A DNA stretch of 50,515 bases from Planctomycetota bacterium. GTDB taxonomy: Bacteria > Planctomycetota > PUPC01. Positions 28,830 through 39,727 of the stretch are shown piece by piece (position 1 is the first letter of the stretch; each line of letters begins with the position of its first letter). Both the position numbers and the translations under genes were made by a program. The stretch lies in assembly GCA_043819695.1 (NCBI GenBank), contig JBDREM010000360.1, positions 1-50,515 on the forward strand, written 5' to 3'. The notes under the pieces were generated by a model. It ran no database searches, was not told the DNA's origin, and saw only the letters and a list, made by a program, of their open reading frames with translations.

Positions 28830-28855
28830 ACAGAAGGCTCATCAGGGGCTTGCGC

Positions 28856-30289
28856 CTAGTCTGCGAGTTTGTCGATGAGGTCGCCGACGATTTTGGGGTT
28901 GGCTTTGCCTTTGGAGGCCCGCATCACCTGGCCGATGAGGAAGCCTTTGGCCTGCTTCTTGCCGGCCTTCAGGTCGTCGATGGCCTGCGGGTTGTCCTCG
29001 AGGACCATCTTGACCGCGGCCTCGAGCTCGCCGGTGTCGCTGATCTGCGTGAGTCCCTTCTCCTCGACGACGGCCCCGGCCTTCTTGCCGGTCGCGGCCA
29101 TCTGGGCGAAGACCTCCTTCGCGATGTTGTTGCTGACCTGACCGTTCTTCACCATCGCGATCAGCTCGGCGAGCATCTGCGGCGTGACGGCGAGCCCGCC
29201 GATCTCGCACTTCCGCTCGTTCAGCTCGCGCATCACCTCGCCCATCACCCAGTTCGACGCCGGCTTCGGCTCGGCGCCCGCGCCGATGCATTCCTCGAAG
29301 TATTCGGCGACCGCTTTGTTCTCGACGAGCACCGCCGCGTCGTACTTCGGCAGGCCGTAGTCCGAGACGAACCGGCGCCGCCGGCCGGCCGGCAGCTCGG
29401 GCATTGCGGCGCGAATCTCGTCGAGCCATTCCTGCGTGATCTCGATCGGCACGAGGTCCGGCTCGGGGAAGTAGCGGTAGTCCTTCGCCTCCTCCTTGCT
29501 CCGCATCGGCTCGGTCACGCCGCGGCCGACGTCCCACAGCATCGTCTGCGACGGGACCGTCTCGCCCGACTCGCACATCGCAACCTGCCGCTCGAACTCG
29601 TATTCGATCGCGTTGACGACCGAGCTCATCGAGTTGAGGTTCTTGACCTCGACGCGGTTGCCCAGCTTTTCGCTCCCGGCCGGCCGCACGCTGATGCCGG
29701 CCTCGAACCGCAGCGAGCCCTCCTGCATCTTGCAGTCGGAGATTTCGAGGTGCCGGAGGAGCGCGGCCAGCTCGGACATGTACACGTTCGCCTCCTCGGC
29801 CGAGCGCATGTCGGGCGCGGAGACGATCTCGAGGAGCGGCGTGCCCGTGCGGTTGAGGTCGATGGCGGTGTAGTTCGCGCCGGTATCCTCGGGATGTTCG
29901 AGCTTGCCGGCGTCCTCCTCGAGATGGACGTTCCAGATGCGGACGCGGCGCGTGTGGTCCTCGAGCTCCAGGTCGAGCCGCCCGTTCACGCCGAGGTTGT
30001 TGTAGTTCTGCGAAATCTGGTAGTTCTTCGGCAGGTCGGGGTAGTAGTAGTTCTTGCGGTCGAACTGGGTGACGGGCGCGATCTCGCAGTCGAGGGCGAG
30101 CGCGATCTTGAGCCCGAGCCCGAACGCCGTGCGGTTGACGACCGGCAGCACGCCGGGCAATCCCTGGCAGACGGGGCAGGTCTGCGTGTTCGGGGGCGAG
30201 CCGAATTTCGTGCTGCAGCCGCAGAACATCTTGCTGTCGGTCAGCAGATGTGCGTGCGTCTCGAGCCCTATGACCACTTCGTATTCCAT
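28856..30289 (-). CDS. gatB: Asp-tRNA(Asn)/Glu-tRNA(Gln) amidotransferase subunit B
   Basis: MEYEVVIGLETHAHLLTDSKMFCGCS...CPVCQGLPGVLPV is the canonical GatB N-terminus. A C-terminal YqeY-like tail is present. Confidence 0.96.
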   Translation of the reverse strand: MEYEVVIGLETHAHLLTDSKMFCGCSTKFGSPPNTQTCPVCQGLPGVLPVVNRTAFGLGLKIALALDCEIAPVTQFDRKNYYYPDLPKNYQISQNYNNLGVNGRLDLELEDHTRRVRIWNVHLEEDAGKLEHPEDTGANYTAIDLNRTGTPLLEIVSAPDMRSAEEANVYMSELAALLRHLEISDCKMQEGSLRFEAGISVRPAGSEKLGNRVEVKNLNSMSSVVNAIEYEFERQVAMCESGETVPSQTMLWDVGRGVTEPMRSKEEAKDYRYFPEPDLVPIEITQEWLDEIRAAMPELPAGRRRRFVSDYGLPKYDAAVLVENKAVAEYFEECIGAGAEPKPASNWVMGEVMRELNERKCEIGGLAVTPQMLAELIAMVKNGQVSNNIAKEVFAQMAATGKKAGAVVEEKGLTQISDTGELEAAVKMVLEDNPQAIDDLKAGKKQAKGFLIGQVMRASKGKANPKIVGDLIDKLAD

Positions 30290-30295
30290 CGTTCG

Positions 30296-31057
30296 CTATT
30301 TCTTCTTCGGGACAAGCTGCTTCATCATCATGATCACTTGCTGCGTGTGGTCCATCACGGCGGCGCCTTCCGGCGGCGTGTAGTCGAACAGGGCCGGCTT
30401 GACGTCCGGGTTCACCTCGACGTTCTTGTACGTGAGTAACATTCGTGACTCGCCCGCGTCATCGGTGAATGAGATGCGGCGGGCGAGCCCGTCCGATTTT
30501 GCGACGCAGACCTCGAGTGTTTTCAGGTTGCGCGTCGCCGCGGGCGCGTTAGCGCCAACATTCAGCGCTCCCTCGAACACCCAACATTCCGTTTGTCCGA
30601 GCTTCTCGTCGCCGACCAGTCTTGCCGAGCCGTCCTTCATCGCGTCGAACGGCCGTGCGATGTTGTGCTGCTGTTGCTGCGCCGGCAGGCCCAGTTCTTT
30701 GAGCGCCTTTTTGAGCTCGGCCATGTCGATCTTCGTGATCACCTTCATAGCGGGGATCAGCGCCCACAGGGTCTTTCCGTCGGAGATGGTGGTCTGGTTC
30801 ATCCCGAAGGGGTTGGTCATTGTCATGTGAATCTTGTCGGGCAGCAGAAACGTGAACCGGCCGCCGAGCTCGGCCTCGAGGGCGGCCGCGGCCATGCTGA
30901 AATCCGCGGCGAAGGATTTCACGCCGGCCGTCTTCGCGGCGATCTGATCGATGGCGGCCTGTGTCTTCGCGTCGGGCTTGGCCTGGTCGGCGCCGAGGAC
31001 CGGCGCGGCTGCGAGTGCGGCGGACAGGAGAACGAGAACGGCAACGCAGGTTTTCAT
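30296..31057 (-). CDS. LolA-like / outer-membrane-lipoprotein-sorting-fold periplasmic protein
   Basis: The 253-aa product has the signal peptide [23 protein letters not shown]. The body is LolA-like (SFAADF...[11 protein letters not shown]...ISDGKTLW...). The ATG at 31057 forms an ATGA overlap with the gatA stop. The 712-aa ORF in the track is an artefactual extension. Confidence 0.72.
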   Translation of the reverse strand: MKTCVAVLVLLSAALAAAPVLGADQAKPDAKTQAAIDQIAAKTAGVKSFAADFSMAAAALEAELGGRFTFLLPDKIHMTMTNPFGMNQTTISDGKTLWALIPAMKVITKIDMAELKKALKELGLPAQQQQHNIARPFDAMKDGSARLVGDEKLGQTECWVFEGALNVGANAPAATRNLKTLEVCVAKSDGLARRISFTDDAGESRMLLTYKNVEVNPDVKPALFDYTPPEGAAVMDHTQQVIMMMKQLVPKKK

Positions 31058-32543
31058 TGTGTCCCTTTCCATTTGTCTGTTGCGACGAACGGCCGCGCAA
31101 GATGGTGGTCGGTTTCTGCCTCGAACGCGCGGGCGATCCGGAGCAGCTTCGCTTCCTCGAACGGCCGGCCGAGAAGCTGGAGCCCGACGGGCAGGCCGCC
31201 GGCTCCTTTGCCGCAGTTGATCGAAATGCCGGGCAGGCCGGCGAGGTTGCACGAGATCGTGTAGATGTCGGCGAGATACATCGAGAGCGGGTCCTGCGTG
31301 TGCTCGCCGAACTTGAACGCGACGGTCGGCGCCGTCGGGGAGAGGACGCAGTCCGCTTCCGCCCACGCGTCGTCGAAGTCTTTCTTGATCATCGCGCGGA
31401 CCTTGAGCGCTTTCAGGTAGTAGGCGTCGTAGAAGCCGGAGCTGAGCGCGAACGTGCCGAGCATGATGCGGCGCTTGACCTCGGCCCCGAAGCCTTCGGC
31501 CCGCGAGCGGGAGTAGAGCTCGACGATGTCGGTCTCGCCGGCGGTGCGGTGGCCGTAGTGGACGCCGTCGTAGCGCGCAAGGTTGCTGCTGGCCTCGGCG
31601 GTCGCGACGATGTAGTAGGCGGCGATGGCGTATTCGGTGTGCGGGAGCGAGATGTCGACGACTTCGGCGCCGAGGGCGCGGTAGACGTCGAGCGCCGCGT
31701 TGATGGGCGCGGCGACATCGGGCGCGAGGCCCCGGCGAAGTACTCGCGCGGTACGCCGATCCGCACGCCCTTGATGCTTCCTTCGAGCCCGGCGACGTAG
31801 TCGGGCAGCGGCTCGTCGGCGGAGGTCGAGTCGCGCGGGTCGTGCCCGGCGATGGCGGCGAGCAGCATGGCGGCGTCGCGGACGTCGCGTCCGAATGCTC
31901 CGATCTGGTCGAGCGAGGAGCCGTACGCCACGAGCCCATACCGCGAGACGCGGCCGTAGGTGGGCTTGATGCCGGCGACGCCGCAGAACGCTGCGGGCTG
32001 CCGGATGGAGCCGCCGGTGTCGGACCCGAGCGCGATGGCGGTCTCGCAGGCGGCGACGGCCGCGGCCGACCCGCCGCTCGACCCGCCCGGCACGCGGGAG
32101 AAATCCCACGGGTTCTTCGTCGGCTCGAACCCGGAGTTCTCGGTCGACGAGCCCATCGCGAACTCGTCCATGTTCGTCTTGCCGATCGGGATCGCGTCGG
32201 CGCGGTCGACCATCTCGACGACGGTTGCGTCGTAGGGCGGGACGAAGTTCTCGAGTATCTTCGACGAGCACGTCGTGCGGACGCCGCGCGTGCACATGTT
32301 GTCCTTGATGGCGACGGGTGCGCCGGCGAGCGGGCCGACTGGTTCGCCGGCGTCGAGCCGCTTGTCGATGTCCTTCGCCTTGGCGAGCGCGGCCTCGGGC
32401 ATGAGCGTGTTGAACGCGCCGAGGCGGCCGTCAACGGCCTGCGCGCGTTCGAGCGCCGCTTCGGCTATCTCTGTGGCCGAGATTTCGCGCCCGATGAGCT
32501 TGGCGTGAAGGTCGTGGGCGGAGAGTTGAGTCAGGTCGGACAT
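31054..32543 (-). pseudogene. gatA: Glutamyl-tRNA(Gln) amidotransferase subunit A, interrupted by an apparent 1-nt frameshift near 31730-31733
   Basis: The N-terminal two-thirds lies in the frame of ORF 31413..32543 and is clean up to [13 protein letters not shown]. It includes the amidase signature [12 protein letters not shown] and [12 protein letters not shown]. The C-terminal third lies in the frame of ORF 31054..32295 from [14 protein letters not shown]...[28 protein letters not shown]. The junction is a CCCC run on the plus strand. Confidence 0.9.
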
Positions 32544-32603
32544 CAGCGGGTCATCATCCTTGTTACAGATCCTATAGGACTTATGGGTCCTATGGGTGTA
32601 GTG

Positions 32604-32900
32604 CTACGACTGGTCGACGACCACCGGGACCTTGTAGGCGTCATCGGTCCTGGCGGGCGCGTTCGACAGGGCTTCTTCTCTCGGCATCGACGGCTTGACG
32701 TCGTCGTTGCGGAAGACGTTCTTGAGGCCGAGTGGATGCGAGAGCGGCTCGACGCCGCTCGTGTCGAGCTTGTCGAGCTTGTCGAAGTACGCGATGATAT
32801 TGCTGAGTTGCGTTTCGAAGAGGGCAAGTTCTTCGCCGGAGAGCGCGAGCCGGGAGAGCTTCGCGGCGTGCTCCACGGTGGCCCTGTCGATGTCCGCCAT
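32604..32900 (-). CDS. gatC: Asp-tRNA(Asn)/Glu-tRNA(Gln) amidotransferase subunit C
   Basis: 98 aa; VEHAAKLSRLALSGEELALFETQLSNIIAYFDKLDKLDTSGVEP is the GatC pattern. Confidence 0.93.
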   Translation of the reverse strand: MADIDRATVEHAAKLSRLALSGEELALFETQLSNIIAYFDKLDKLDTSGVEPLSHPLGLKNVFRNDDVKPSMPREEALSNAPARTDDAYKVPVVVDQS

Positions 32901-32929
32901 CGGTTGTTCTCGCGGTGTTGTAGGGCCGC

Positions 32930-33646
32930 CTACTCCCCGGCCTCTTCCTCCAGGTAGAGGATTCTGGCGCAGGAGTGGCAGAAGACGAGGTCGGTGCCTT
33001 TTCTGAGCTGTGCCATCGTCTCGGGCCTGAGTTTCATGAAGCAGCCCTGGCAGGTGCCGTCGACGACGGCGACCATCGCGGTGTGGCCGCGCCGTTGGAT
33101 GAGTCTCTGGTACTTGGCGAGGATGTCGCGCGGGACGTCCCTGGTCACGGCCTCGCGTTTTTTTCGGAGCTTCTGCACCGTGTTGCCGATCTCGCTGAGG
33201 TCCTTCTGCAGAGCGGCGTCCTCGTCGGCGAACCCCTTTTCGGTTTTCTTGATCTCGGCGGCGATGGCGTCGCGCTCCCCCCTCTTCTTGTCGCTCTTTT
33301 GCATCTCGATCAGAACGGCGTCTTCGAGCCGGGTGTTGTCGGCTTCTTTGGAGAGGATCTCGTGCTGGAGCGCCTGGAATTCCTTGTTGGATTTCGCCTG
33401 TGCGATCTGCTCCCGGAACTTGATGACCGCCTGTTCGGCGGCCTTGAGTTCGTTTTCTTTCAGGGCGTTTTTTGCGAGCAGATCCTTGAGTTCGGTGTCC
33501 TTCTTTTTGAGCTCCCCGCGGGCTGCTTCGAGGCTCTTTTGCTTTTCTTCTATTACTTTCGGAATGTTTTTTTGTTGTGCTTCGAGTTCGAGAATTTTCG
33601 CATCGAGCGCTGCGACCTGTTTCAGCGCCTTCAAGTCTCCTGACAT
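32930..33646 (-). CDS. Coiled-coil protein with C-terminal C4 zinc ribbon (COG1579-like)
   Basis: The 238-aa product starts MSGDLKALKQ. A long heptad-rich region is followed by CQGCFMKL...CHSCARILY. The 543-aa ORF in the track is an upstream extension across rpoD in another frame. Confidence 0.8.
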   Translation of the reverse strand: MSGDLKALKQVAALDAKILELEAQQKNIPKVIEEKQKSLEAARGELKKKDTELKDLLAKNALKENELKAAEQAVIKFREQIAQAKSNKEFQALQHEILSKEADNTRLEDAVLIEMQKSDKKRGERDAIAAEIKKTEKGFADEDAALQKDLSEIGNTVQKLRKKREAVTRDVPRDILAKYQRLIQRRGHTAMVAVVDGTCQGCFMKLRPETMAQLRKGTDLVFCHSCARILYLEEEAGE

Positions 33647-33669
33647 CAACGCCTCCTGGAAAGGGCCCG

Positions 33670-35339
<1,670 letters not shown>

Positions 35340-35340
<1 letters not shown>

Positions 35341-37229
35341 CAGAGGGCAAGTACCTCCCTTTGCAGTCTCATATGTTCGCTGATGAGTTCAGACACGGAG
35401 CCCTCATCACCCGATGCCTTTGCCGCTTCGAGTTCTCTTGTGACCGCGCGGATTTTTGTTTGAATGCGTCTTCTCATGAGCGTTCGCACGCAGTCCAGCC
35501 CCGCCTGGGCGCCGTCGGCCCGCGGCTCCGCGCTCACGACACCCGAGACGAGCGACGCCGCCTCAGTGCTCTGGAGCGCCCCGAGCAACTGCTCGCCATG
35601 TACTGTACCGTCGGAATCGTGCGCATCTTTCATCATTTGAAAGAGCGAGCGGAGAGTCTCGTTCGTGAAGTCGCTCGCGGCCACTTCGTCAAAGATGCGG
35701 CCGGCCAGGTCGGGCACGGTCAGGACCGCCTCGATGACGCCAAGCTCGGCGGGGTCGTAGCTGATTGCGGGCCGTGCCGGCTCTTCCGGGGCGCCCGGCC
35801 GGCGGCGGCTTCGCCGCTCGATCTGTGCCAGGCGCGCCCGTACGACGCGATCCTCCAGGTCGAAGGCGTCCGAAAGCTTTCGGACGGCGGCGTCGACGGC
35901 CAATTGCCGCCCGACGGCGTTCGGGATCACGGCGACCAGCCCGAGCACGTCGTCCACCGCCTTGGTCTTGCCGTCGACGGTCGACGCGTCGTGCCGCTGC
36001 GACACGATCTTGATCTTCCGCGTGACCACGTCGTCGCCCGCGTCGAGCGCCTTCACGAACGCATCCGCGCCCTGGGCGGCGATGAGGTCGCAGGGGTCGT
36101 TCCCGTCTTCGAGCGTGACCAGCCGAACGTCGAAGCCTGCGGCGAGGAACTCGCCCGCGCCTTCGTTCAGAAAGAGCTCCATGCTCCGCTCCGCCGCCTG
36201 CTGTCCGGCCGCGTCGGAATCGAACACGACGTCGATCCGTTCGGCGAACCGCCGAAGGACGTGGATGTGCTCGCGCGTGAGCGCCGTGCCGAGCGTCGCG
36301 ACGACGGCCATGCAGCCGTGCTGGTGCGCCATGATCACGTCGGTGTACCCTTCGACGACGGCGGCCTGTTTGTGGTCGACGATGGCCTTGCGCGCCCAGT
36401 TGAGCCCGTAGAGGTTGCGCCCCTTGCTGAAGATCGGCGTCTCCGGCGTGTTGATGTACTTCACCTCGCTGTCGCCCATCGTGCGGGCGCCGAGACCGAT
36501 CACGCGCTCCTGCGTGTCGAAGATCGGGAATATCAGGCGGTCGCGGAACCGGTCGTAGCACGAGCCGTCGTCTCGCCGGATCGCAAGCCCGGCCTTGCAG
36601 AGCACGTCGGCCGGGATGTCGGCGGACTCGGCCGCGCGGATCAGCGCGTTCCAAGAGTCGGGCGAGTAGCCCAGGCCGCACCGCTCCGTCATCTCGTCCG
36701 ATATCCCGCGGGCCTCGATGTATTCCCGCGCTGCCTGGCCCGCGGCGCTCGCCAGTGTCTTCGCGTAGAAGTCGGCGGCTCGGCGGTTCGCGTCGTACAG
36801 GAGCTCGCGTTCGGTCCGCGCCGTCTCCTGGGCCGGGGTGGGCTTGCGCGCCTCCGGGATTTCAATCCCGGCCTCCTTGGCGAGGGTCCGCACGGCCTCG
36901 GGAAACGACACGCGGTCCATTTCCATCACAAAGTGGAACACGTTGCCGCCCTTGCCGCAGCCGAAGCACTTGAACGTTTGCCGCGAGGGCGTCACGATGA
37001 ACGAGGGCGTCTTCTCCTTGTGGAACGGGCAAAGGGCCTTGAAGCTCGCGCCGGTCTTCTTCAGCGAGAGGTACCTGGAAACCAGCCCAACGATGTCGAC
37101 GGAATCGCGTACGCGGCTGATAATGTCTTCAGGTATGAAGCCGCTCAAATCCTGTGCTCTGAGGTAAGCCAAAGGATGGGGGCAGCGACTGCGCCGTGGT
37201 CTCCGACCGCCGGGAAGGCCGAAGGGCAC
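35340..37229 (-). CDS. dnaG: DNA primase
   Basis: Zinc-binding block [37 protein letters not shown], then a TOPRIM block VVEGYTDVI...[10 protein letters not shown]. The stop overlaps the rpoD ATG by 1 nt. The true start may be downstream (TTG at 37148, LSGFIPEDI), because the first ~27 codons are unlike primase. Confidence 0.92.
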
Positions 37230-37348
37230 GCCATGCCAACCGCGCCATTTCCCGGGTCGCCTCCCAAACCCTCTAAAATGTATGACCGGCCAGCCGCGAA
37301 TCTCGCCTGGACTATCCCGCAGGCCAGATAAAGCCCGAGAATTGAAAA

Positions 37349-37377
37349 AGTATAGCGCCGTATTTGGCCCATGTCAA
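37349..37377 (-). promoter_or_regulatory. Sigma-70-type promoter candidate for dnaG-rpoD
   Basis: The minus strand reads TTGACA (37377-37372), a 17-nt spacer, then TATACT (37354-37349). Confidence 0.5.
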
Positions 37378-37536
37378 GAAAACGCGGCGCTTTTCAGGTT
37401 TTCTTGCCCGTTGAACCGCTGGGGTCGGCGGCCTTGCCCCGTGTCCGCGGGCGGCGTCGATCTCGCTCGGAGCGCACATAACGCGCTGCTATACAAGGTG
37501 TTATGCAAACGGGTCTTGCAGGCTGGTGAAAAAGGT

Positions 37537-37595
37537 GCAGGAAGCCGCCGACTTACAAAGCCGGCCTACGGGAACGGCCGTTTCGCGGCGTACTG
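37537..37595. repeat. Copy 2 (inverted orientation) of the dispersed intergenic repeat seen at 27271-27340
   Basis: gcaggaagccgccgacttacaaagccggcctacgggaacggccgtttcgcggcgtactggggctccttg aligns with the reverse complement of copy 1. Confidence 0.8.
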
Positions 37596-37683
37596 GGGCT
37601 CCTTGCACGCCCGCGGTCACCGTTTCTCGCGCCCCTCCTTCCGGCTCGGCCGGCCGAATTTCAAGGCGCCCGCCGGCCGGTCG

Positions 37684-37692
37684 TGCTATAAT
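37684..37692 (+). promoter_or_regulatory. Extended -10 element TGcTATAAT upstream of the lipoprotein gene
   Basis: Read directly, 76 nt upstream of the ATG at 37768. No good -35 is present. Confidence 0.3.
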
Positions 37693-37767
37693 CAGCAGGT
37701 GGCGGATCTGTCCGCCGGACGGATACGGGCGTCGTCAGAGCCCGGGAAGAAACCACAGGAGGAAACA

Positions 37768-38376
37768 ATGGAGCGAGAAGAAAAGTCGGCCTTGTTCTTG
37801 GTGCTTCTTGCTGCGCTCGTGGCGGCCGGTGCGGGCTGCCGCGGCGGCCAGGTTCCGGCGGCTGCCTCCGACAAAGCGCTGGCGGGCGCGCAAATCACGA
37901 TGCTCGATGATTTCGACGGCGCGTTCTCCTGGACGCTCGAGAAGGACTGGGGCGATCCTGCGGCCGTGGAAGCGGCGGCGGGCGCGATGGTCGTCCGGCT
38001 CGAGCCGGGCTCAAACACGAAGAGCACGGTCAGCCGCGCGCTGGCGCCGCCGCGTGACCTCTCGAAGCACAACGCCGTCGTCGTCGACATCACCAGCGAG
38101 CTGAATACCGATTGCCTCGTGGGCCTCGCCCTGATCACCACGGCCGAAGGGACGTTCATTGAGACGCCGTCGGCCGTCGTGCATCCCGGTGCGAACAGGA
38201 ACATCGTTTTCCGGCTCGACGGACGGGCCTTCAAGAGCGCCGTGAGCAACTGGGAGCACAATCAGCCGGCCGGCGACCTTTCGGCCGTGCATAAGGTCAT
38301 ACTGCTCGTCTCGCCGAAGTCGTCCGGTGTGGTCCGAATCGACAACGTGCGGCTGGCCATCCTGCCAAAGCGGTGA
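37768..38376 (+). CDS. Lipoprotein with carbohydrate-binding-module-like beta-sandwich (function unknown)
   Basis: AGGAGG RBS 6 nt upstream. The lipobox is LVAAGAGC. The body ends ...SGVVRIDNVRL, as in CBM-type domains. The ORF-track start at 37282 is an upstream extension through non-coding repeats. Confidence 0.7.
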   Translation: MEREEKSALFLVLLAALVAAGAGCRGGQVPAAASDKALAGAQITMLDDFDGAFSWTLEKDWGDPAAVEAAAGAMVVRLEPGSNTKSTVSRALAPPRDLSKHNAVVVDITSELNTDCLVGLALITTAEGTFIETPSAVVHPGANRNIVFRLDGRAFKSAVSNWEHNQPAGDLSAVHKVILLVSPKSSGVVRIDNVRLAILPKR

Positions 38377-38461
38377 GAACTGTCAGGACGTCGACGACCT
38401 TGACGTTCGTGAGTTCCTTCCGGGATATTCACGGACCCATTGCAGGCGGGGCGTCGCCGGC

Positions 38462-39727
38462 TCAATCTCCCGGCGGCTGTTGGCCGACCACGCAGACGGC
38501 GCCGCACGCCGGGCACTTGGCGCATTTACCCGCATGGGCGGCGGCGGCGCGGAGCTTGGTCCCGCAGGAGGGGCACTCGACGAGGAGCCACTGAGCGGAG
38601 TCCGGCGGCCGGCCCGGCCCGGCGCATTTGGTGCACCGTTCGGTGGCGTCATCGAAGTGATCGGCGCAGAAGGCCTTCCCGCACTGCGGGCAAAGCCGGG
38701 CGTGCGCTGTGCACAGGACCTGCTTGCACGCCGCGCACTGCGAGACGTGGTTGACGCAGACGCGGGCGCCGCACTGGGAGCACTCGAAAGCGCAGTCGGC
38801 ACAGGCGGCGGAGCCGCAGATCGAGCACCGCTGCACGTGCTCTTCGCACAGGGCCTTGTTGCAGCTTGCGCACGTGGCGGCGTGTTCGACGCAGACCGCC
38901 TGGCGGCAGACGGCGCACTGCCGGACGTGGTCGAGGCACACCTGCCGGCCGCACTTCGAGCATTTGATGATGCAGTCGGGACAGCCGGAGTTGTCACAGA
39001 GCGAACAGGTTCCGATGTGGGTCTTGCAGGTAACCTGAGCGCACTGGGGGCACGTGCCGCTGCACGCCTTGCACACGACATGTTCGCACACGGGGCACGT
39101 CCGGGGCTTGCAGAGCAGGCACAGGGATCGCTGGCAGCTTTCGCAGACCACGACGCAGTCGGCGCAGACGGAGTGGCCGTTGACGCAGCGCGTGATGGTT
39201 CCCCTGCGGCCGCGGCAGTTCTGGCACTCTCCCTCTTTCGCGGCGCTCCGTTGGATGTCCGACCAGGCGGAGGGCGAGAAGTCCCTCGGGTCGGTCGGCA
39301 CGAGGCCGGTGTTCTCGTCGACCCATCGCGCGGCCGCGCCGTTCAACGGGCTCTTTGTGTTGTAGCTCTGATAAGCCAGCATCTCGCCGATGCGGATGAT
39401 GAGGTTGAGGAGGGATTCGCCGGCGGCCCAGTGGTCGCCGATGCAGATGGCATGCGGCGCGATGTTCGGATGGAAGACGGGGGTGAGCATTCGGCACTGT
39501 GGCGCCTGGCGGGGGTAACCGAGTGTAAGGTAAATCTCGGCCAGGTGCTCGAGCCGTTCGGTGACGTCGCCTTCGGCGGTCTCGTGGAGGCTTCGGACCT
39601 TGAACTCGATCTGGTACCGGTCGGGCGGGCTGCCGGAGACCCCTCGGACGCGGAAGGCCGGGTGGTCCCGGAGCCCCTCCTTGATCTCTTCGTAGTCGGC
39701 TTGTATCCGTCGGAGTCGAACGCTCAC
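38462..39727 (-). CDS. Ubiquitin-conjugating enzyme (E2/UBC-fold)-like protein fused to a ~245-aa Cys-rich zinc-binding tandem array
   Basis: Residues 1-135 read RLRRIQADYEEI...YQIEF...YPRQAPQCRMLTPVFHPNIAPHAICIGDHW...LLNLIIRIGEML, giving the HPN motif plus a candidate catalytic Cys94. Residues 168-413 hold about 11 tandem 15-aa modules C-x2-C-x4-C-x2-[HC]-x3, followed by a terminal zinc ribbon. The GTG start forms a GTGA overlap with the upstream gene. Confidence 0.8.
   Translation of the reverse strand: MSVRLRRIQADYEEIKEGLRDHPAFRVRGVSGSPPDRYQIEFKVRSLHETAEGDVTERLEHLAEIYLTLGYPRQAPQCRMLTPVFHPNIAPHAICIGDHWAAGESLLNLIIRIGEMLAYQSYNTKSPLNGAAARWVDENTGLVPTDPRDFSPSAWSDIQRSAAKEGECQNCRGRRGTITRCVNGHSVCADCVVVCESCQRSLCLLCKPRTCPVCEHVVCKACSGTCPQCAQVTCKTHIGTCSLCDNSGCPDCIIKCSKCGRQVCLDHVRQCAVCRQAVCVEHAATCASCNKALCEEHVQRCSICGSAACADCAFECSQCGARVCVNHVSQCAACKQVLCTAHARLCPQCGKAFCADHFDDATERCTKCAGPGRPPDSAQWLLVECPSCGTKLRAAAAHAGKCAKCPACGAVCVVGQQPPGD

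Noticed and set aside
31700-31760. Programmed ribosomal frameshift in gatA.
   Set aside because: I see no slippery heptamer or downstream structure. The site is a simple 4-nt homopolymer in which one missing base restores a canonical alignment. A sequencing or assembly indel is more parsimonious. It is still reported as a finding to be checked.
30296-32434. 712-aa ORF spanning the lolA-like gene and most of gatA.
   Set aside because: Only the last 253 aa (signal peptide onward) look like a real protein. The upstream 460 aa are Arg/Pro/Ser-rich out-of-frame gatA sequence.
32544-32603. Spacer between gatC and gatA with the CCTATAGG palindrome and GGTCCTATGGGT-like repeated words.
   Set aside because: It is too short and degenerate to call a discrete element. 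It is mentioned only as being in the same style as the larger word-repeat spacers.
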